Shown one piece after another: positions 31,621-41,975 of a DNA stretch of 64,000 nucleotides. How positions within the stretch are numbered: position 1 is the first letter of the stretch; the number at the start of each line of letters is the position of its first letter. Below the pieces are notes generated by a model. It saw only the letters and a list, made by a program, of their open reading frames with translations, did not search any database and was not told the DNA's origin. Made by a program: the position numbers and the translations under genes. The stretch comes from Planctomycetota bacterium (GTDB taxonomy: Bacteria; Planctomycetota; SZUA-567; H5-PLA8): contig JABTUM010000002.1 of NCBI GenBank assembly GCA_015075375.1, positions 341,393 to 405,392 of the forward strand, written 5' to 3'.

Positions 31621-33762
31621 TTAGGCGCTCTGGCGCTTGCGCCCGTTTCGAGCTTTGGCGGCCTTGAGGCGCTGCGGACGAGCCGACATCATCTGCTCGT
31701 CCCAATGGCTGGCGATGCGCAGCCGTGCGCCAAGTGCGCGATACACGTCGGGGAGGTCGAACTGCTTGAGCACCCCGCGCGGCATGCACGAGGCCGGCCA
31801 AGCCACCACCGGCGCCGTCGCCCAGCTCAGGTAGGAAGTCGGCGCGCCGTGGAGGGTGGTTTTGCGAACCAGATCCGGGCAGAGCAGGGCCGCGTACGCC
31901 GCGATCAGCGCTCCTTGGCCGCGTCCGATCAATTCGACTTCCCGGACACCCTGAGCGCTGAGGAGATCCAGCGTGCGCAGCACGTCGAAGACGCGCCGGC
32001 CGAGGTAGCTGCGGCCGAAAAGCAGGCCGTACCCGTGATGCATGTAGTCGTAGCCGTACGGATGAAAGAAGTCTTCGTCGGGGGGCATCGAGTATCCGGC
32101 GCCTCGCACATCGAGCGCCAGGAGCGCCGACTTGCCGATCAGGGCGCCGGCCAGGTCCGGAGCGTTCAGTTCGGCTTCGGCGCTGACGTGCGGCAGCCAG
32201 AGCGTGACGCGTTCGGATAGGTCCAGCGAATGGCCGAACATCTCGCACGGTTGATGCAGGAACGCGCAAATGCGCGCACCTGGCGCGTCGTGACTGTCGG
32301 TGAACTCGGTCTCGACGGCGAAACACGTCCCGCGGTACGTGCCGTAATGCGCGGGCGGATGGTTGCGGTAATGCGGAGGATCCTGGCGGCCATTCCGGTT
32401 CCCGGCTTCCGGCTCGATGGCAAGCACTTTGCGTACGGCGTTCATGAGCCCTTCGCGCGCGGGCGCGCCCTTGCGCTTGCGGGCCGCGTTCTGTTCAAGC
32501 CCGCGCGCGGCGATCAGCGCATAGATCGGCGTGGCGCCGTGCGCGACGGTGTTGCCCTTGGGCAGCACTTTCAGCGACGGCTTGATGGTATCGGGCAGTT
32601 CTTCGTCGGTAAGCTGAATCGGCTTGCCTTTGAAGCCGGCGTGGCGATGGAAGAACTCGATCATGCGCTGCTGATTGTGCCACGAATAGCCGTGTCCCTG
32701 CGGCCCGATGAAAAGGTCATGGCTGGCAGACGGTGCGCCCAGGATCGCCTGTATGCGCTTCAACTCGAGGTGCGAATCACGCAACCCGCGGCGGTCGAAG
32801 TAATCGAAATGCTGGCCCAAGAGCAGCAGCGGTTTGGGCGCGCGCGCGATCAGAAAATCGACGTGTTCGAGTCCCGCTCCCACCACCCCCGGCGGATACT
32901 GTTCGTTGTCGGCGGGCAGTTCGTTCTCGAGATTGCGCAGAAAGCCGGTGATGAAGCAACTCGGTGCGGCCATCGTGAAGCGCGGTTCGGTGGCCCAGAG
33001 CCAGGTAGTGAGCGTTCCGCCGCCGCTATTGCCCGTGACGCCCAGGCAGGCCGGATCGATCTCGGGCCGCGTGAGCAGAAAATCCAGCGCGCGGATGCCG
33101 TCCCAGGCGCGCCAGGCGCCGAAGAATTCGCCGCAGAGTTCGAGCTGCTTGCCCATCATATTGTGCGCGAAGCAGCAATTGGCGCGGGTCCGCTCGGCCA
33201 GATTTCCGCTGAGGCCGTAGTACTGGTCGCGTTCCCCCTGATTGTATGGATCGTAGATGATGGCTGCGAAGCCGGCGCGCGCGAGCCGCTGGCCGATTCG
33301 GAAATAGCTCAGTTTGCCGTCGCCGCTGTGCCCGCAAGGGACCACCACGCCGGGCACGCGGCGCGCGGCGCCGGCATGTGCGGGCAGCCAGAGGTTGGCG
33401 GTGACGAGTACGCCGGGCCGGCTCTCGTACGTCAGCTTCTCCACGCGCACGCCGGGAAACTCCACGGTTCCATACACGCGCGGCTTTAGCGGCGTCTTGG
33501 GCGGTCGTGGCGCGAAGGCGCGGTCGATCGCTTCGAGCGCGCACTCCTGATATTTGCGCACATCCTTGGGGGTCTTGAGTTCGGCCAGCCTCGCCCGGCG
33601 TTCGCGGCGCATCGCGCGCAGATCGGCGATGTACGCGTCGGTGACCATGAGCGGATGGCGGACCGTGATTCCGCGGGGCGTCTCGTGAGTTCCGGTGACG
33701 GGTCGAGGCGAAGCCGATGCGGGCATGGCGGCACTCCTTGGGCGTTTAGTGGACGCCGCCAT
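31621..33762 (-). CDS. tandem alpha/beta-hydrolase-fold protein (acetyl-xylan-esterase / dienelactone-hydrolase-like domains)
   Basis: 713 aa with a nucleophile elbow GNSGGG (GxSxG variant) in the first domain and a second alpha/beta hydrolase-like domain C-terminally. An alternative start is MPASASP at 33726. Confidence 0.65.
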   Translation of the reverse strand: MAASTKRPRSAAMPASASPRPVTGTHETPRGITVRHPLMVTDAYIADLRAMRRERRARLAELKTPKDVRKYQECALEAIDRAFAPRPPKTPLKPRVYGTVEFPGVRVEKLTYESRPGVLVTANLWLPAHAGAARRVPGVVVPCGHSGDGKLSYFRIGQRLARAGFAAIIYDPYNQGERDQYYGLSGNLAERTRANCCFAHNMMGKQLELCGEFFGAWRAWDGIRALDFLLTRPEIDPACLGVTGNSGGGTLTTWLWATEPRFTMAAPSCFITGFLRNLENELPADNEQYPPGVVGAGLEHVDFLIARAPKPLLLLGQHFDYFDRRGLRDSHLELKRIQAILGAPSASHDLFIGPQGHGYSWHNQQRMIEFFHRHAGFKGKPIQLTDEELPDTIKPSLKVLPKGNTVAHGATPIYALIAARGLEQNAARKRKGAPAREGLMNAVRKVLAIEPEAGNRNGRQDPPHYRNHPPAHYGTYRGTCFAVETEFTDSHDAPGARICAFLHQPCEMFGHSLDLSERVTLWLPHVSAEAELNAPDLAGALIGKSALLALDVRGAGYSMPPDEDFFHPYGYDYMHHGYGLLFGRSYLGRRVFDVLRTLDLLSAQGVREVELIGRGQGALIAAYAALLCPDLVRKTTLHGAPTSYLSWATAPVVAWPASCMPRGVLKQFDLPDVYRALGARLRIASHWDEQMMSARPQRLKAAKARNGRKRQSA

Positions 33763-33833
33763 AGTACCATAGGACGGCTTCGCCGGCGCGGCAGATAGAT
33801 GCAGGTCGGCGGGGCACGTTGTATAAGGAAGGC

Positions 33834-34850
33834 ATGCCCGCCATCGATAGGATCGTCCGTCTCCGCCTGTGCCTGCTGCTGGCGATGGCTTGCGCCGGCC
33901 TTTTCGCGGAGCAGCCCGGCGTGCCCGAACCGCGTCCGCTGGCGCCGCCCGCGGGTCCGCGCGGATTCGTAGGCGCCGGCGCTCAGCCCAAGGTGGCGAA
34001 CGAACTCGTCATCGACAAGCCCGGTATTTACGAAAACTATCTGATCGACGGAGGCTTCAAGACCGGGCACCTGGTCCGCATCAAAAGCGACGGCGTGACG
34101 CTGCGGCATTGCACGATCCGCAACGGGACGGTGAACGGTATTTCCGTGTACGCCAAGAACGTCGTGATCGAACAATGCCTGATTCACCATATGCTGGCCG
34201 GAAGTTTCAAGGATCAGAAGGATGCGCACGGTATCTCCGGCTGCCCCGGCACGTTGACAATCCGCGATTGCGAAATTCACCACGTCTCCGGCGACGGCAT
34301 CCAGTTCGATCCTTCGCGCGAGCACTGGGGACCGGTGCGCGTTGAACAGTGCCGGATCTGGACCGGACCGCTGGAGGCCGATATGGGCGGCTTCAAGCGC
34401 GGCGAGCGGCCCGGCGAGAACGCCATCGATACGAAGCACCCGAAGAAGGATTCGCGCGCCGAGTTGGTCATACGCAATTGCGTGGCCTTCGGTTGGCGCG
34501 GCGGTTCGATCTCGAACATGGCCGCCTTTAACTTGAAAGAGCACCTGGATGCGCGCGTGGAAGGCTGCGTGTTGTACGACAACGAAATCGGCCTGCGCCT
34601 GCGCGGACCGGGGAAGAACGGCGGAGCCAAAGTGAGCGTCCTGGGCTGTGCGCTGTACGATTCGGACATGGCCGTGCGCGTCGAAGATAAGGCCGAGGAA
34701 CTCAAGCTGCGCGGGCTGGCGCTGGGGCCGGGCCTCAAGGTGGGGGTGGTCCTCGACGGAGGTTCGGCCGGACCGGGCTTCGAGAACTCGGGATCGGGCG
34801 CAGCGCCGCCGTTGCAGCAGGCGCTGCGAACGTGGGGTGTGCGCGAGTAG
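33834..34850 (+). CDS. secreted right-handed parallel beta-helix (pectate-lyase-fold) protein
   Basis: Signal peptide followed by repeated N/G/C/V-rich coils (CTIRNGTVNGISVYAKNVVIEQCLIHH...IRDCEIHHVSGDGIQF...IRNCVAFGWRGGS), typical of the PbH1 beta-helix. Confidence 0.7.
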   Translation: MPAIDRIVRLRLCLLLAMACAGLFAEQPGVPEPRPLAPPAGPRGFVGAGAQPKVANELVIDKPGIYENYLIDGGFKTGHLVRIKSDGVTLRHCTIRNGTVNGISVYAKNVVIEQCLIHHMLAGSFKDQKDAHGISGCPGTLTIRDCEIHHVSGDGIQFDPSREHWGPVRVEQCRIWTGPLEADMGGFKRGERPGENAIDTKHPKKDSRAELVIRNCVAFGWRGGSISNMAAFNLKEHLDARVEGCVLYDNEIGLRLRGPGKNGGAKVSVLGCALYDSDMAVRVEDKAEELKLRGLALGPGLKVGVVLDGGSAGPGFENSGSGAAPPLQQALRTWGVRE

Positions 34851-34855
34851 CCGGA

Positions 34856-35722
34856 CTATCCCGGTTTCGATTGCGGCAGTTCGACCGCCGGGCGCAAGCG
34901 TGCGGTGGAAGGACGAGCGGCGGTAGGCGCCGCGCGCGGCACGGGCGCTTCCAACCGCGCCGGCCGTCCGATCCAGACATCCTGCACGCCCGGCGAATAA
35001 TTCGCCCCGGCATAGCGCAGTTCGCGCGCCCACGCGCCTAGCCCTTGCAGCAAGTCGAGCGAATCGAATTTCACAGCCACATGCACCTGCGGCCAAGGCT
35101 TATGCCAGATCCGAAAGCGCCCGCGCCAGCTTTTCCGCGCGCAGAACGCGGAATAGCGTTCCATCAGGAAGTGCGAGCGCGATCCCGGCGGCGGCGGGTC
35201 GAACTCCCAGCTCGGATCGATGCGCGCGGCGTAGCGCAGTCCGCCGGGCACATCGGCGGGCCGGACTTCTCCCGCCAGCGTGCCGGATTCGTGCGCATGC
35301 CGATAGGCCACCGAACCCAGGCGATAAGGCAGTCCAAACAGCCGCGGCCCCAACCATTGCGCGAGGCGGTTGGGAATCCATTCGCCGAGGAAAAAGATGC
35401 CGCGCTCGCCACCGTGCTTCACGTAGGTGCGCAGATTCAGGAAGCCGTGCGTGGCGACAGGCCGGCTGAGCCACTCGGTGAAGCGCCCGCCGCGCCGCGG
35501 GCGGAGGCGTTCCTGCGTGAAGGCGACCAGCGAAACGTAGGCGACGCCGTGGTGGCGGTCGAGTTCGAAGGGCACCGCGCGCTGGAGTGCATCGGCATCG
35601 GCCTCGAAATGGAGCATCAGCGTGCGCGACCAATTGGCAAGCAGGAGCGGCGCGCCTTCGGTTTCCACCAGCCGCGCGTGAGCGGCTTGGCTCAATACGT
35701 TGGGAGGCGGTTGAAAGCTCAT
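34856..35722 (-). CDS. DUF2071-like (YqjF-like) protein
   Basis: Start at MSFQPPPN. The motifs NLRTYVKHGGERGIFFLGEWIP and LFGLPYRLG resemble the DUF2071 family. Moderate confidence, from memory of the family pattern. Confidence 0.55.
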   Translation of the reverse strand: MSFQPPPNVLSQAAHARLVETEGAPLLLANWSRTLMLHFEADADALQRAVPFELDRHHGVAYVSLVAFTQERLRPRRGGRFTEWLSRPVATHGFLNLRTYVKHGGERGIFFLGEWIPNRLAQWLGPRLFGLPYRLGSVAYRHAHESGTLAGEVRPADVPGGLRYAARIDPSWEFDPPPPGSRSHFLMERYSAFCARKSWRGRFRIWHKPWPQVHVAVKFDSLDLLQGLGAWARELRYAGANYSPGVQDVWIGRPARLEAPVPRAAPTAARPSTARLRPAVELPQSKPG

Positions 35723-36558
35723 GGGTGCTCCTTCGCGAGCGTGAACGCGCCAGGTCGGGTAGCGCCGGGTAGCCGATGTTCGAAGCGGAGGTGAATCTCG
35801 TATCCCGCCCATCCGCCCAAGGCCGCCAATGGCGAGGCGAGCAAGAGCAGACCCAGCGTCCAAGTCAGCGCCTCGAGGCCGGCCAGGAAGGGGAGCACGC
35901 TGACGAAGCAAAACGAAAGGACGGCCAAAGCCAAGCAGGCTGTTTTCGCTCGCCGTTGATGATAGCCGTAGCAAAGCACCGCGAAGAATCCGAGCCAGAA
36001 CGGGGTGGCGGCAAAGAGCGCGATACCGCCGTGGATCTTGGTGTAGAGCCCGCAGGCATGGAGGGTTTCGAGGAGGGTCAGCGTTAGAAGCGCGGCCACC
36101 GCTACGCACGCGGCAGGATGCTCGGGGACCGCGAAGTCCGCCAGCAGCCGCCAAGGAGCCCTGCGCGTGTTGCCGGCGGTGCCCCGCGCTTGAGTCGGCG
36201 CCAGTATAAGGGCGGCAAACAGGATGGCGTTCAGGAGTGGCACAAAAAAGAACAGTACCAACCATGAAGGCCATGCCGCGCTGCGCAAGCGCCGCAAGGT
36301 CAACGCCAGCCCTGCCGCAACAAAGGGAAGCGCGGCCAAGAGCACCAGCGAATTCAGATGGCGTCCGGCCAGGTCGCAATCCGATTCGGGCTCGGGAAGC
36401 AGAAATGCCGTTAGCGGCCACGAACGTCCGAAGCAGAACCAAGCCAGTAGGTTATTGAATATGGCTTGCAGCAGCGATAGCCCCAAGCCCCAAGCCGCAT
36501 AGGGCCCGCGGTCGAGCGTGCCTTGCCAAGTCCAGAGGTCGGATATGCGCAGCGACAT
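35719..36558 (-). CDS. hypothetical polytopic membrane protein
   Basis: 279 aa with about 7 hydrophobic helices. It has a 4-bp overlap with the downstream DUF2071-like gene. Confidence 0.55.
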   Translation of the reverse strand: MSLRISDLWTWQGTLDRGPYAAWGLGLSLLQAIFNNLLAWFCFGRSWPLTAFLLPEPESDCDLAGRHLNSLVLLAALPFVAAGLALTLRRLRSAAWPSWLVLFFFVPLLNAILFAALILAPTQARGTAGNTRRAPWRLLADFAVPEHPAACVAVAALLTLTLLETLHACGLYTKIHGGIALFAATPFWLGFFAVLCYGYHQRRAKTACLALAVLSFCFVSVLPFLAGLEALTWTLGLLLLASPLAALGGWAGYEIHLRFEHRLPGATRPGAFTLAKEHP

Positions 36559-36574
36559 TGGACGCTCCTTCCAC

Positions 36575-37120
36575 TCAGCTCATTAGCCCCAGCGTCTTCA
36601 GGATCTTGCCCAACGTCTTCATGAACTTGGCCAGGGACTCGGTCGGCATTCGGCGCACCTGTTCGAACCCGGCGTCCATCGTTTCGAGAAACTCGAGCAT
36701 GTTGCCGATGCGCTGCCGGGTGAGCGCCTCCTCCTTGCCGGACTTCTCGGACTGGGCGAGACATTCGCGCAGCACTTGGAGCGTCGGATCGATCTCGCGG
36801 CGCTTGCGTTCTTCGAAGACCACGCGGAACATTTCCCAGACGTCGGTCATCGACTCGAAATGGTCGCGGCGGTCGCCGAGGACATGGACGATTTTGACGA
36901 TGCCCCAGCCTTGCAGTTCGCGCAGGCTGGTGCTCACGTTGCTGCGCGCGACGGAAAGAGTCTTGGCGATCTCTTCGGCGTGCAGCGCTTGGGGGCTGAC
37001 GTAGAGCAGGGCGTGGATCTGCGCGACGGTACGGTTGATCCCCCAGCGCGTTCCCATCTCGCCCCAGTGGAGGATGAACTTTTCCTGGATGGGCGATAGC
37101 TTCATGGATTCTTCTCCCAT
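36575..37120 (-). CDS. GbsR/MarR-type winged-helix transcriptional regulator
   Basis: The segment LSPIQEKFILHWGEMGTRWGINRTVAQIHALLYVSPQALHAEEIAKTLSVARSNVSTSLRELQGWGIV is typical of the GbsR-like MarR subfamily. The likely start is MKLSP at 37105. Confidence 0.7.
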   Translation of the reverse strand: MGEESMKLSPIQEKFILHWGEMGTRWGINRTVAQIHALLYVSPQALHAEEIAKTLSVARSNVSTSLRELQGWGIVKIVHVLGDRRDHFESMTDVWEMFRVVFEERKRREIDPTLQVLRECLAQSEKSGKEEALTRQRIGNMLEFLETMDAGFEQVRRMPTESLAKFMKTLGKILKTLGLMS

Positions 37121-37206
37121 TTCTGTTTGAACAGAAATTAATGCATGATATGACTTAAGTCAACGAAGAAAGATCGGCGCGGCGAATGCCCCGCGCGGGT
37201 GGGAGG

Positions 37207-37938
37207 ATGAAAGGGATGGAGGCCGAAGCGCCGATCTTGATCCGACTGCGCGGCGCCGAACGTGTCTTCGGTTCGGGCGGCGCACGCACGGTTGCGCTCG
37301 CGGGCCTGGATTTGGATATTCCCGCCGGCCAGGTGCTGGCGGTGGTGGGGCCCAGCGGGAGCGGAAAAAGCACGCTGCTGCATCTGGTCGGCGCGATGGA
37401 CACGCCTACCGCCGGACGGGTCGAGGTGGCCGGGCGCAATCTGGCGGAACTCGACGATGCCGCCGCCGCCCGCTATCGCCGCGAGACGCTGGGTTTTGTC
37501 TTCCAATTCTTCAATCTGATTCCCACGCTCCCGGTACTCGAGAACGTTGCATTGCCCGCGCGGTTGGCGGGCCTAGCTGCGAGCGATGCGCAGGCGCGCG
37601 CGGCCGAACTGCTCGCGCGCGTCGGCTTGGCATCCAAGCTCGCGGCTTACCCCGATGCGCTCAGCGGCGGCCAGCAGCAGCGCGTCGCCATCGCCCGCGC
37701 GCTGGTGAACCGCCCGCGCATCGTCCTCGCCGACGAACCCACGGGAGCGCTCGATCAGGCCACCGGCGAGGAGGTCTTGCGCCTGCTGCGCGAAGTCGTC
37801 CGCGAAGCCGGCGTCACCTTGTTGATGGCCACGCACGGGGAGAACGTCGTCGCGGTCTGCGACCGCATGATTCGCATCGTGGACGGCAAGCTGGCGGCGG
37901 ACGAACTCGTGCCGGCGGCGCCCCCAGGTGACGCGTGA
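37207..37938 (+). CDS. ABC transporter ATP-binding protein (LolD/MacB-type)
   Basis: GGGAGG RBS precedes the start. Walker [10 protein letters not shown], signature [15 protein letters not shown] and Walker [13 protein letters not shown]. Confidence 0.85.
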   Translation: MKGMEAEAPILIRLRGAERVFGSGGARTVALAGLDLDIPAGQVLAVVGPSGSGKSTLLHLVGAMDTPTAGRVEVAGRNLAELDDAAAARYRRETLGFVFQFFNLIPTLPVLENVALPARLAGLAASDAQARAAELLARVGLASKLAAYPDALSGGQQQRVAIARALVNRPRIVLADEPTGALDQATGEEVLRLLREVVREAGVTLLMATHGENVVAVCDRMIRIVDGKLAADELVPAAPPGDA

Positions 37939-40502
37939 ACGCGACCCGCACGCTGCTGGGGGTGCTGCTTGGCGACTTGCGCCGGCGGCCGGGGTCGGTG
38001 GCGACCACCGTGGCGGCGATGGCCGCGGGCGTGGGCGTCTTCGTCGCTATTCATCTCGCCGGAAGCGCGGCGCGCGGCAGTTTCGTCAGCGCCGTGGAAG
38101 CCGTGGCGGGCCGGGCCACGCATCAGGTGGTGCGCGAGGGCGGGGTGGACGAAGCGCGGCTGTCGGCGTTCCGCGCACTTCCCGGCGTGGAATGCGTGCA
38201 ACCGGTCGTCGAGGGGCGCGTCTCGATCCGGTCGTTGCGGAGGGACGGCGCCGAAGTTCGCGAAAACCTGCCCCCGCTGCGTATCCTGGGCCTCGATCCG
38301 CTCTTTGCCGCGCCTTTTTTGAACGAACGCCCGCATGAACCGCTGGTGAAGGGCGCGGACTTCGTTGCATTTCTTACCGAGCCGGGGACTGCGGTGTTGC
38401 CCGGCCCCTGGGCCGAGGCTGCTGGAGCGAAGCCAGGCGATACGCTGGTGGCCGAAGTGAGCGGGCGCGCGGTGGAGCTTCAAGTTTTGTCTTCCTTCGA
38501 ACTGGACGCGTTGGGCGAAGCCGCTCGCGATACGGCGCTTGTCGATGTGGCGTCGGCTCAAGAAATTTTTGCGCGTATCGGCGTGCTTTCGCGGTTCGAT
38601 CTGCGCGTCGCCGCCGGCGCGGAAGCGATGGTCGAAGCCGCGCTGGCGCCGGGCGAACGGCTGGTCCTGCCCGCCGAACGCGGCGAGCGCGTGGGAAAAA
38701 TGGTCGAAGCGTTTCAGCTGAATCTGCTCGCCTTAGGCGCCCTGGCCCTCGTGGTCGGCGCGCTTTTGGTCTACAACGCCGCGCAGTTCAATGTGGTCCG
38801 GCGCTTGGGGCTCCTCGGCCAGTTGCGCTGCCTGGGTGCGGCGCACCGCCAACTCTTGGCGGCGGTTTTGCTCGAGACCGTCCTGCTAGGGCTTATGGGA
38901 GGCACACTCGGCGTGGCGCTAGGTACGGTGCTCGCACAAAGTCTGGTCGGTTCGGTGGCCGAGACGATCACGAACCTGTACGGCTTCGTGCGCGTGGAGG
39001 TCGCGCCGCTGGACGCACGGACGGCCGTCGGCGCGGTGTTGGGTGCGGGCGTGCTCGCGGCGGCGGCTGGGTATCTCCCGGCGCTGGATGCCGCGCGCAC
39101 GCCGCCGCGCATGGTGGGCCTGCGCAGCCACGGCGAACTTACATTTAGAGCGCAGGCGCCGCGGCTCCTGATGCTCTCGTTCGCTGAAGCAGCGGTGGGC
39201 GCGGCGGCGCTGGCGTTTCCGACAAAAGCCTGGTGGCCGGCGTTGCTCGCGGCTTTTGCGTTCGTGGGCGCCGGCGCATCGCTGCTCCCGCTGGTCATGG
39301 CGGTGGGGCTGCCGCTGGTTCAGAAAGCCGCCGAGCGTATGGGCGCGCTCACCTGGCCCTTGGCTTCGGGTGCGGTCTTGCGCTCGCTTTCGCGCACCGG
39401 CGGTGCGGCGGCGGCTTTGGGTGTGGCGCTGGCGATGACCGTCGGCGTGATCGTGATGGTCGGAAGCTTCGAGCAGGAAGTCCGGCAGTGGATCGGCGCC
39501 GCGATCCGCGCTGACCTGTACCTCGGCGATCCGCACGAGAAGATCGATCCCGAGCATGCGCGAGTGCCGAACGAAGCGATCGAGCTTGCGCGCGCGACGC
39601 CCGGCGTGCGAGCGGTGGATACGCTGCGCGTCAAAGAGGTGCCTTACGCGGATACGTCATTCTTGTTCTTGGGCGCCGACCTACCGATTCCCGAAAGCAG
39701 GTTGCGCTTCGAGATTCTCGACGGGCCCGACTTGGATTCGGCGGCCGATCTCGCGCTGGCGGGCGGAGTGCTGATCAGCGAGCCGCTGGCCCATCACCAT
39801 GGCCTGAAGGTGGGCGATACGCTGCGCGTGAACGGGCGGAGCGGCGAGGAAGCATTTCGAATCGCGGCGATCGTGCGCGATTACTCCTGGGACCGCGGGT
39901 ACGCGCTGACCGGCGCCGCACGCTTTCTGGATGCGCTGGGTGAGTCGGGTGTGCGCAACGCCGCGCTGTATCTGGATCGCGGAGCCGACCCAGCCGCAGT
40001 CGCCGATGCGCTGCGCGCGAGCTTCGCCGGCCGCCATTTGGTCCAAGTGCGCAGCAACGCCGATTTGCGCGACCGGATACTCGATGTCTTCGACCGGACT
40101 TTCGCGGTGACGTATCTGCTGCAAGCCATCGCCACCGTGATGGCGCTGGCCGGCATTGCGGTGACGCTTGTAGGGTTGTTCTTAGAGCGCGCACGCGAAC
40201 TCGCTACGCTGCGTGCGGTAGGTGCGCCGATCACGCAAATAGGGCGCTTGTTCGCGGCCGAGTCGCTGCTGATGGCCTTTTTCCCGGTGCTCCTGGCGCT
40301 GCCGCTCGGCGCGCTGCTCGCCTGGATTCTGATCGATGTGGTGAACCTGCGCAGCTTCGGCTGGACCATCGGCTACCGGTGGCCATGGCCTCCCGTCCTG
40401 ACGACGATGGGCTGCGCGCTGTTGGCCGGATTGCTTGCAACGGTGGTTCCGCTGGCGCTTTCGAAGCGACAGTCGATCGCAGCGGCGTTGAGGGAGGAGT
40501 AG
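37935..40502 (+). CDS. ABC transporter permease with duplicated FtsX-like domains (MacB/LolE-like)
   Basis: 855 aa with a GTG start overlapping the ATPase stop. Two repeats of the pattern 4 TM plus a large periplasmic loop, characteristic of FtsX-family permeases. Confidence 0.85.
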   Translation: MNATRTLLGVLLGDLRRRPGSVATTVAAMAAGVGVFVAIHLAGSAARGSFVSAVEAVAGRATHQVVREGGVDEARLSAFRALPGVECVQPVVEGRVSIRSLRRDGAEVRENLPPLRILGLDPLFAAPFLNERPHEPLVKGADFVAFLTEPGTAVLPGPWAEAAGAKPGDTLVAEVSGRAVELQVLSSFELDALGEAARDTALVDVASAQEIFARIGVLSRFDLRVAAGAEAMVEAALAPGERLVLPAERGERVGKMVEAFQLNLLALGALALVVGALLVYNAAQFNVVRRLGLLGQLRCLGAAHRQLLAAVLLETVLLGLMGGTLGVALGTVLAQSLVGSVAETITNLYGFVRVEVAPLDARTAVGAVLGAGVLAAAAGYLPALDAARTPPRMVGLRSHGELTFRAQAPRLLMLSFAEAAVGAAALAFPTKAWWPALLAAFAFVGAGASLLPLVMAVGLPLVQKAAERMGALTWPLASGAVLRSLSRTGGAAAALGVALAMTVGVIVMVGSFEQEVRQWIGAAIRADLYLGDPHEKIDPEHARVPNEAIELARATPGVRAVDTLRVKEVPYADTSFLFLGADLPIPESRLRFEILDGPDLDSAADLALAGGVLISEPLAHHHGLKVGDTLRVNGRSGEEAFRIAAIVRDYSWDRGYALTGAARFLDALGESGVRNAALYLDRGADPAAVADALRASFAGRHLVQVRSNADLRDRILDVFDRTFAVTYLLQAIATVMALAGIAVTLVGLFLERARELATLRAVGAPITQIGRLFAAESLLMAFFPVLLALPLGALLAWILIDVVNLRSFGWTIGYRWPWPPVLTTMGCALLAGLLATVVPLALSKRQSIAAALREE

Positions 40503-40558
40503 GTGGGGCAGGTGAACAGTAAACAGTGAACAGTAAACGGTAACGGATGGGCTAGGGC

Positions 40559-41728
40559 ATGAATGCAAAGTTTCAGAATGGACTCAGGCGCGTCGGATGC
40601 GAGTCAGGTATTTGCGCGCTTCTTTGGCGGATCTGTGCGCTATTCGCTTGCGTGCTGTCGGTTGAGCTTGGCGCGGCGGAAGCTACGGAATTCCTTCGTG
40701 CCGTCGAGCCCCGGGCGTTCGAGTTTCCACGTGATTACGGCAGTCATCCGGAGTACCAGACCGAATGGTGGTACCTGACCGGTTCCTTGGAAGACGAGCG
40801 CGGAGCGGTCTTCGGCTTTCAAGCGACGTGGTTCCGCCGCGGCCTGAGCCGAACCGCGCCGCCGCGCACGAGCACGCTGGCGGCACGCGATGCGATTCTA
40901 TTCCACGGCGCGTTGACCGACGTGAACGGCAAGCGCTTTGCCCATGAGCACGCGACATCCCGCGCCGCCAGCACCTGGGCCGGGTCCAATACCGATGGCC
41001 TGAACGTCTGGCTATTCGAGCACGTTTTACGCAGCGAAGGGGACGGAACGTGGTCGCTGACCTTCACCGTGCAAGGCCGGCGTGTGGCCTTGAAGCTCCA
41101 ACCGCGCCGCCCGCCTCTGCTGCACGGTTCGACGCCGGGCTTGAGCATCAAAGGCTCCGAACCCGGTCAGGCGTCCTACTACGTATCGCACACGCGCATG
41201 GAAGCGAGCGGCACGCTCCAAGCCTCGCCCGGTGAAACGCCACGAGCGGTGCGCGGCACGGTTTGGTACGACCAGGAGTTCGGCAGCAATCAACTCTCCG
41301 CCGATCAGATCGGCTGGGACTGGTTCAGCGTGCCGCTCGACGAAGGCACAGACCTGATGCTCTACCGGCTGCGCCGCTCGGACGGCTCGGCGGACCCGGC
41401 CAGCAGCGGGACGTTGCGCTTCGCCGATGGCCGGCGCGTGCATCTATCCCGCGAGGCCGCGACGGTCGAGGTCCGTAAGCACTGGACCAGTCCGCACACC
41501 GGCGCGAAGTATCCCGCCGGTTGGACCTTAACGATTCCCCAGGAGCGGCTGGAGCTTTCCGTGGCGCCGCTGCTCGACGATCAGGAACTGCGCACCGAAG
41601 GTTCCACCAACGTGAATTATTGGGAAGGGCTGTGCGGTTTCGAGGGCCGCGTTCAGGACCAACCCGCCAAGGGCCGCGGCTACGTCGAACTAGTGGGCTA
41701 TGCTGGGGCCTTTAAGGGCCGCTTGTAG
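40559..41728 (+). CDS. AttH-like / CrtC-family (lipocalin-like, hydroxyneurosporene-synthase-fold) secreted protein
   Basis: After the signal peptide, FEFPRDYGSHPEYQTEWWYLTGSL is the hallmark N-terminal motif of the AttH/CrtC family. It follows the ABC ATPase and FtsX permease genes, as in the Agrobacterium attFGH arrangement. Confidence 0.75.
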   Translation: MNAKFQNGLRRVGCESGICALLWRICALFACVLSVELGAAEATEFLRAVEPRAFEFPRDYGSHPEYQTEWWYLTGSLEDERGAVFGFQATWFRRGLSRTAPPRTSTLAARDAILFHGALTDVNGKRFAHEHATSRAASTWAGSNTDGLNVWLFEHVLRSEGDGTWSLTFTVQGRRVALKLQPRRPPLLHGSTPGLSIKGSEPGQASYYVSHTRMEASGTLQASPGETPRAVRGTVWYDQEFGSNQLSADQIGWDWFSVPLDEGTDLMLYRLRRSDGSADPASSGTLRFADGRRVHLSREAATVEVRKHWTSPHTGAKYPAGWTLTIPQERLELSVAPLLDDQELRTEGSTNVNYWEGLCGFEGRVQDQPAKGRGYVELVGYAGAFKGRL

Positions 41729-41735
41729 CGGTTTC

Positions 41736-41975
41736 TTATGCGAGGCCTTCCGGTTCGTGGATCTCGCCGGCGAGGTCGTCGAGCTTGTCGAACATGAATT
41801 TGCGCGCGTCCTGAACGCCTTGGTTGTAAACCGGCGGTCCAAGGTGCTTCAAGAAAAACTCCAGCAAGCGTTCCGCGCGGTAGGTGCTCAATTCTTCTTC
41901 GAAGGTGCTCTGAAATTCGCGCTGCAGGTTCACGATCAGTCCGGCGCGGCGCTCGGGCGACAGTCGCATGGGCAT
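41736..41975 (-). CDS. small conserved hypothetical protein (DUF2164-like)
   Basis: 79 aa with the sequence MPMRLSPERRAGLIVNLQREFQSTFEEELSTYRAERLLEFFLKHLGPPVYNQG. Family assignment is from memory and is low confidence. Confidence 0.45.
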   Translation of the reverse strand: MPMRLSPERRAGLIVNLQREFQSTFEEELSTYRAERLLEFFLKHLGPPVYNQGVQDARKFMFDKLDDLAGEIHEPEGLA

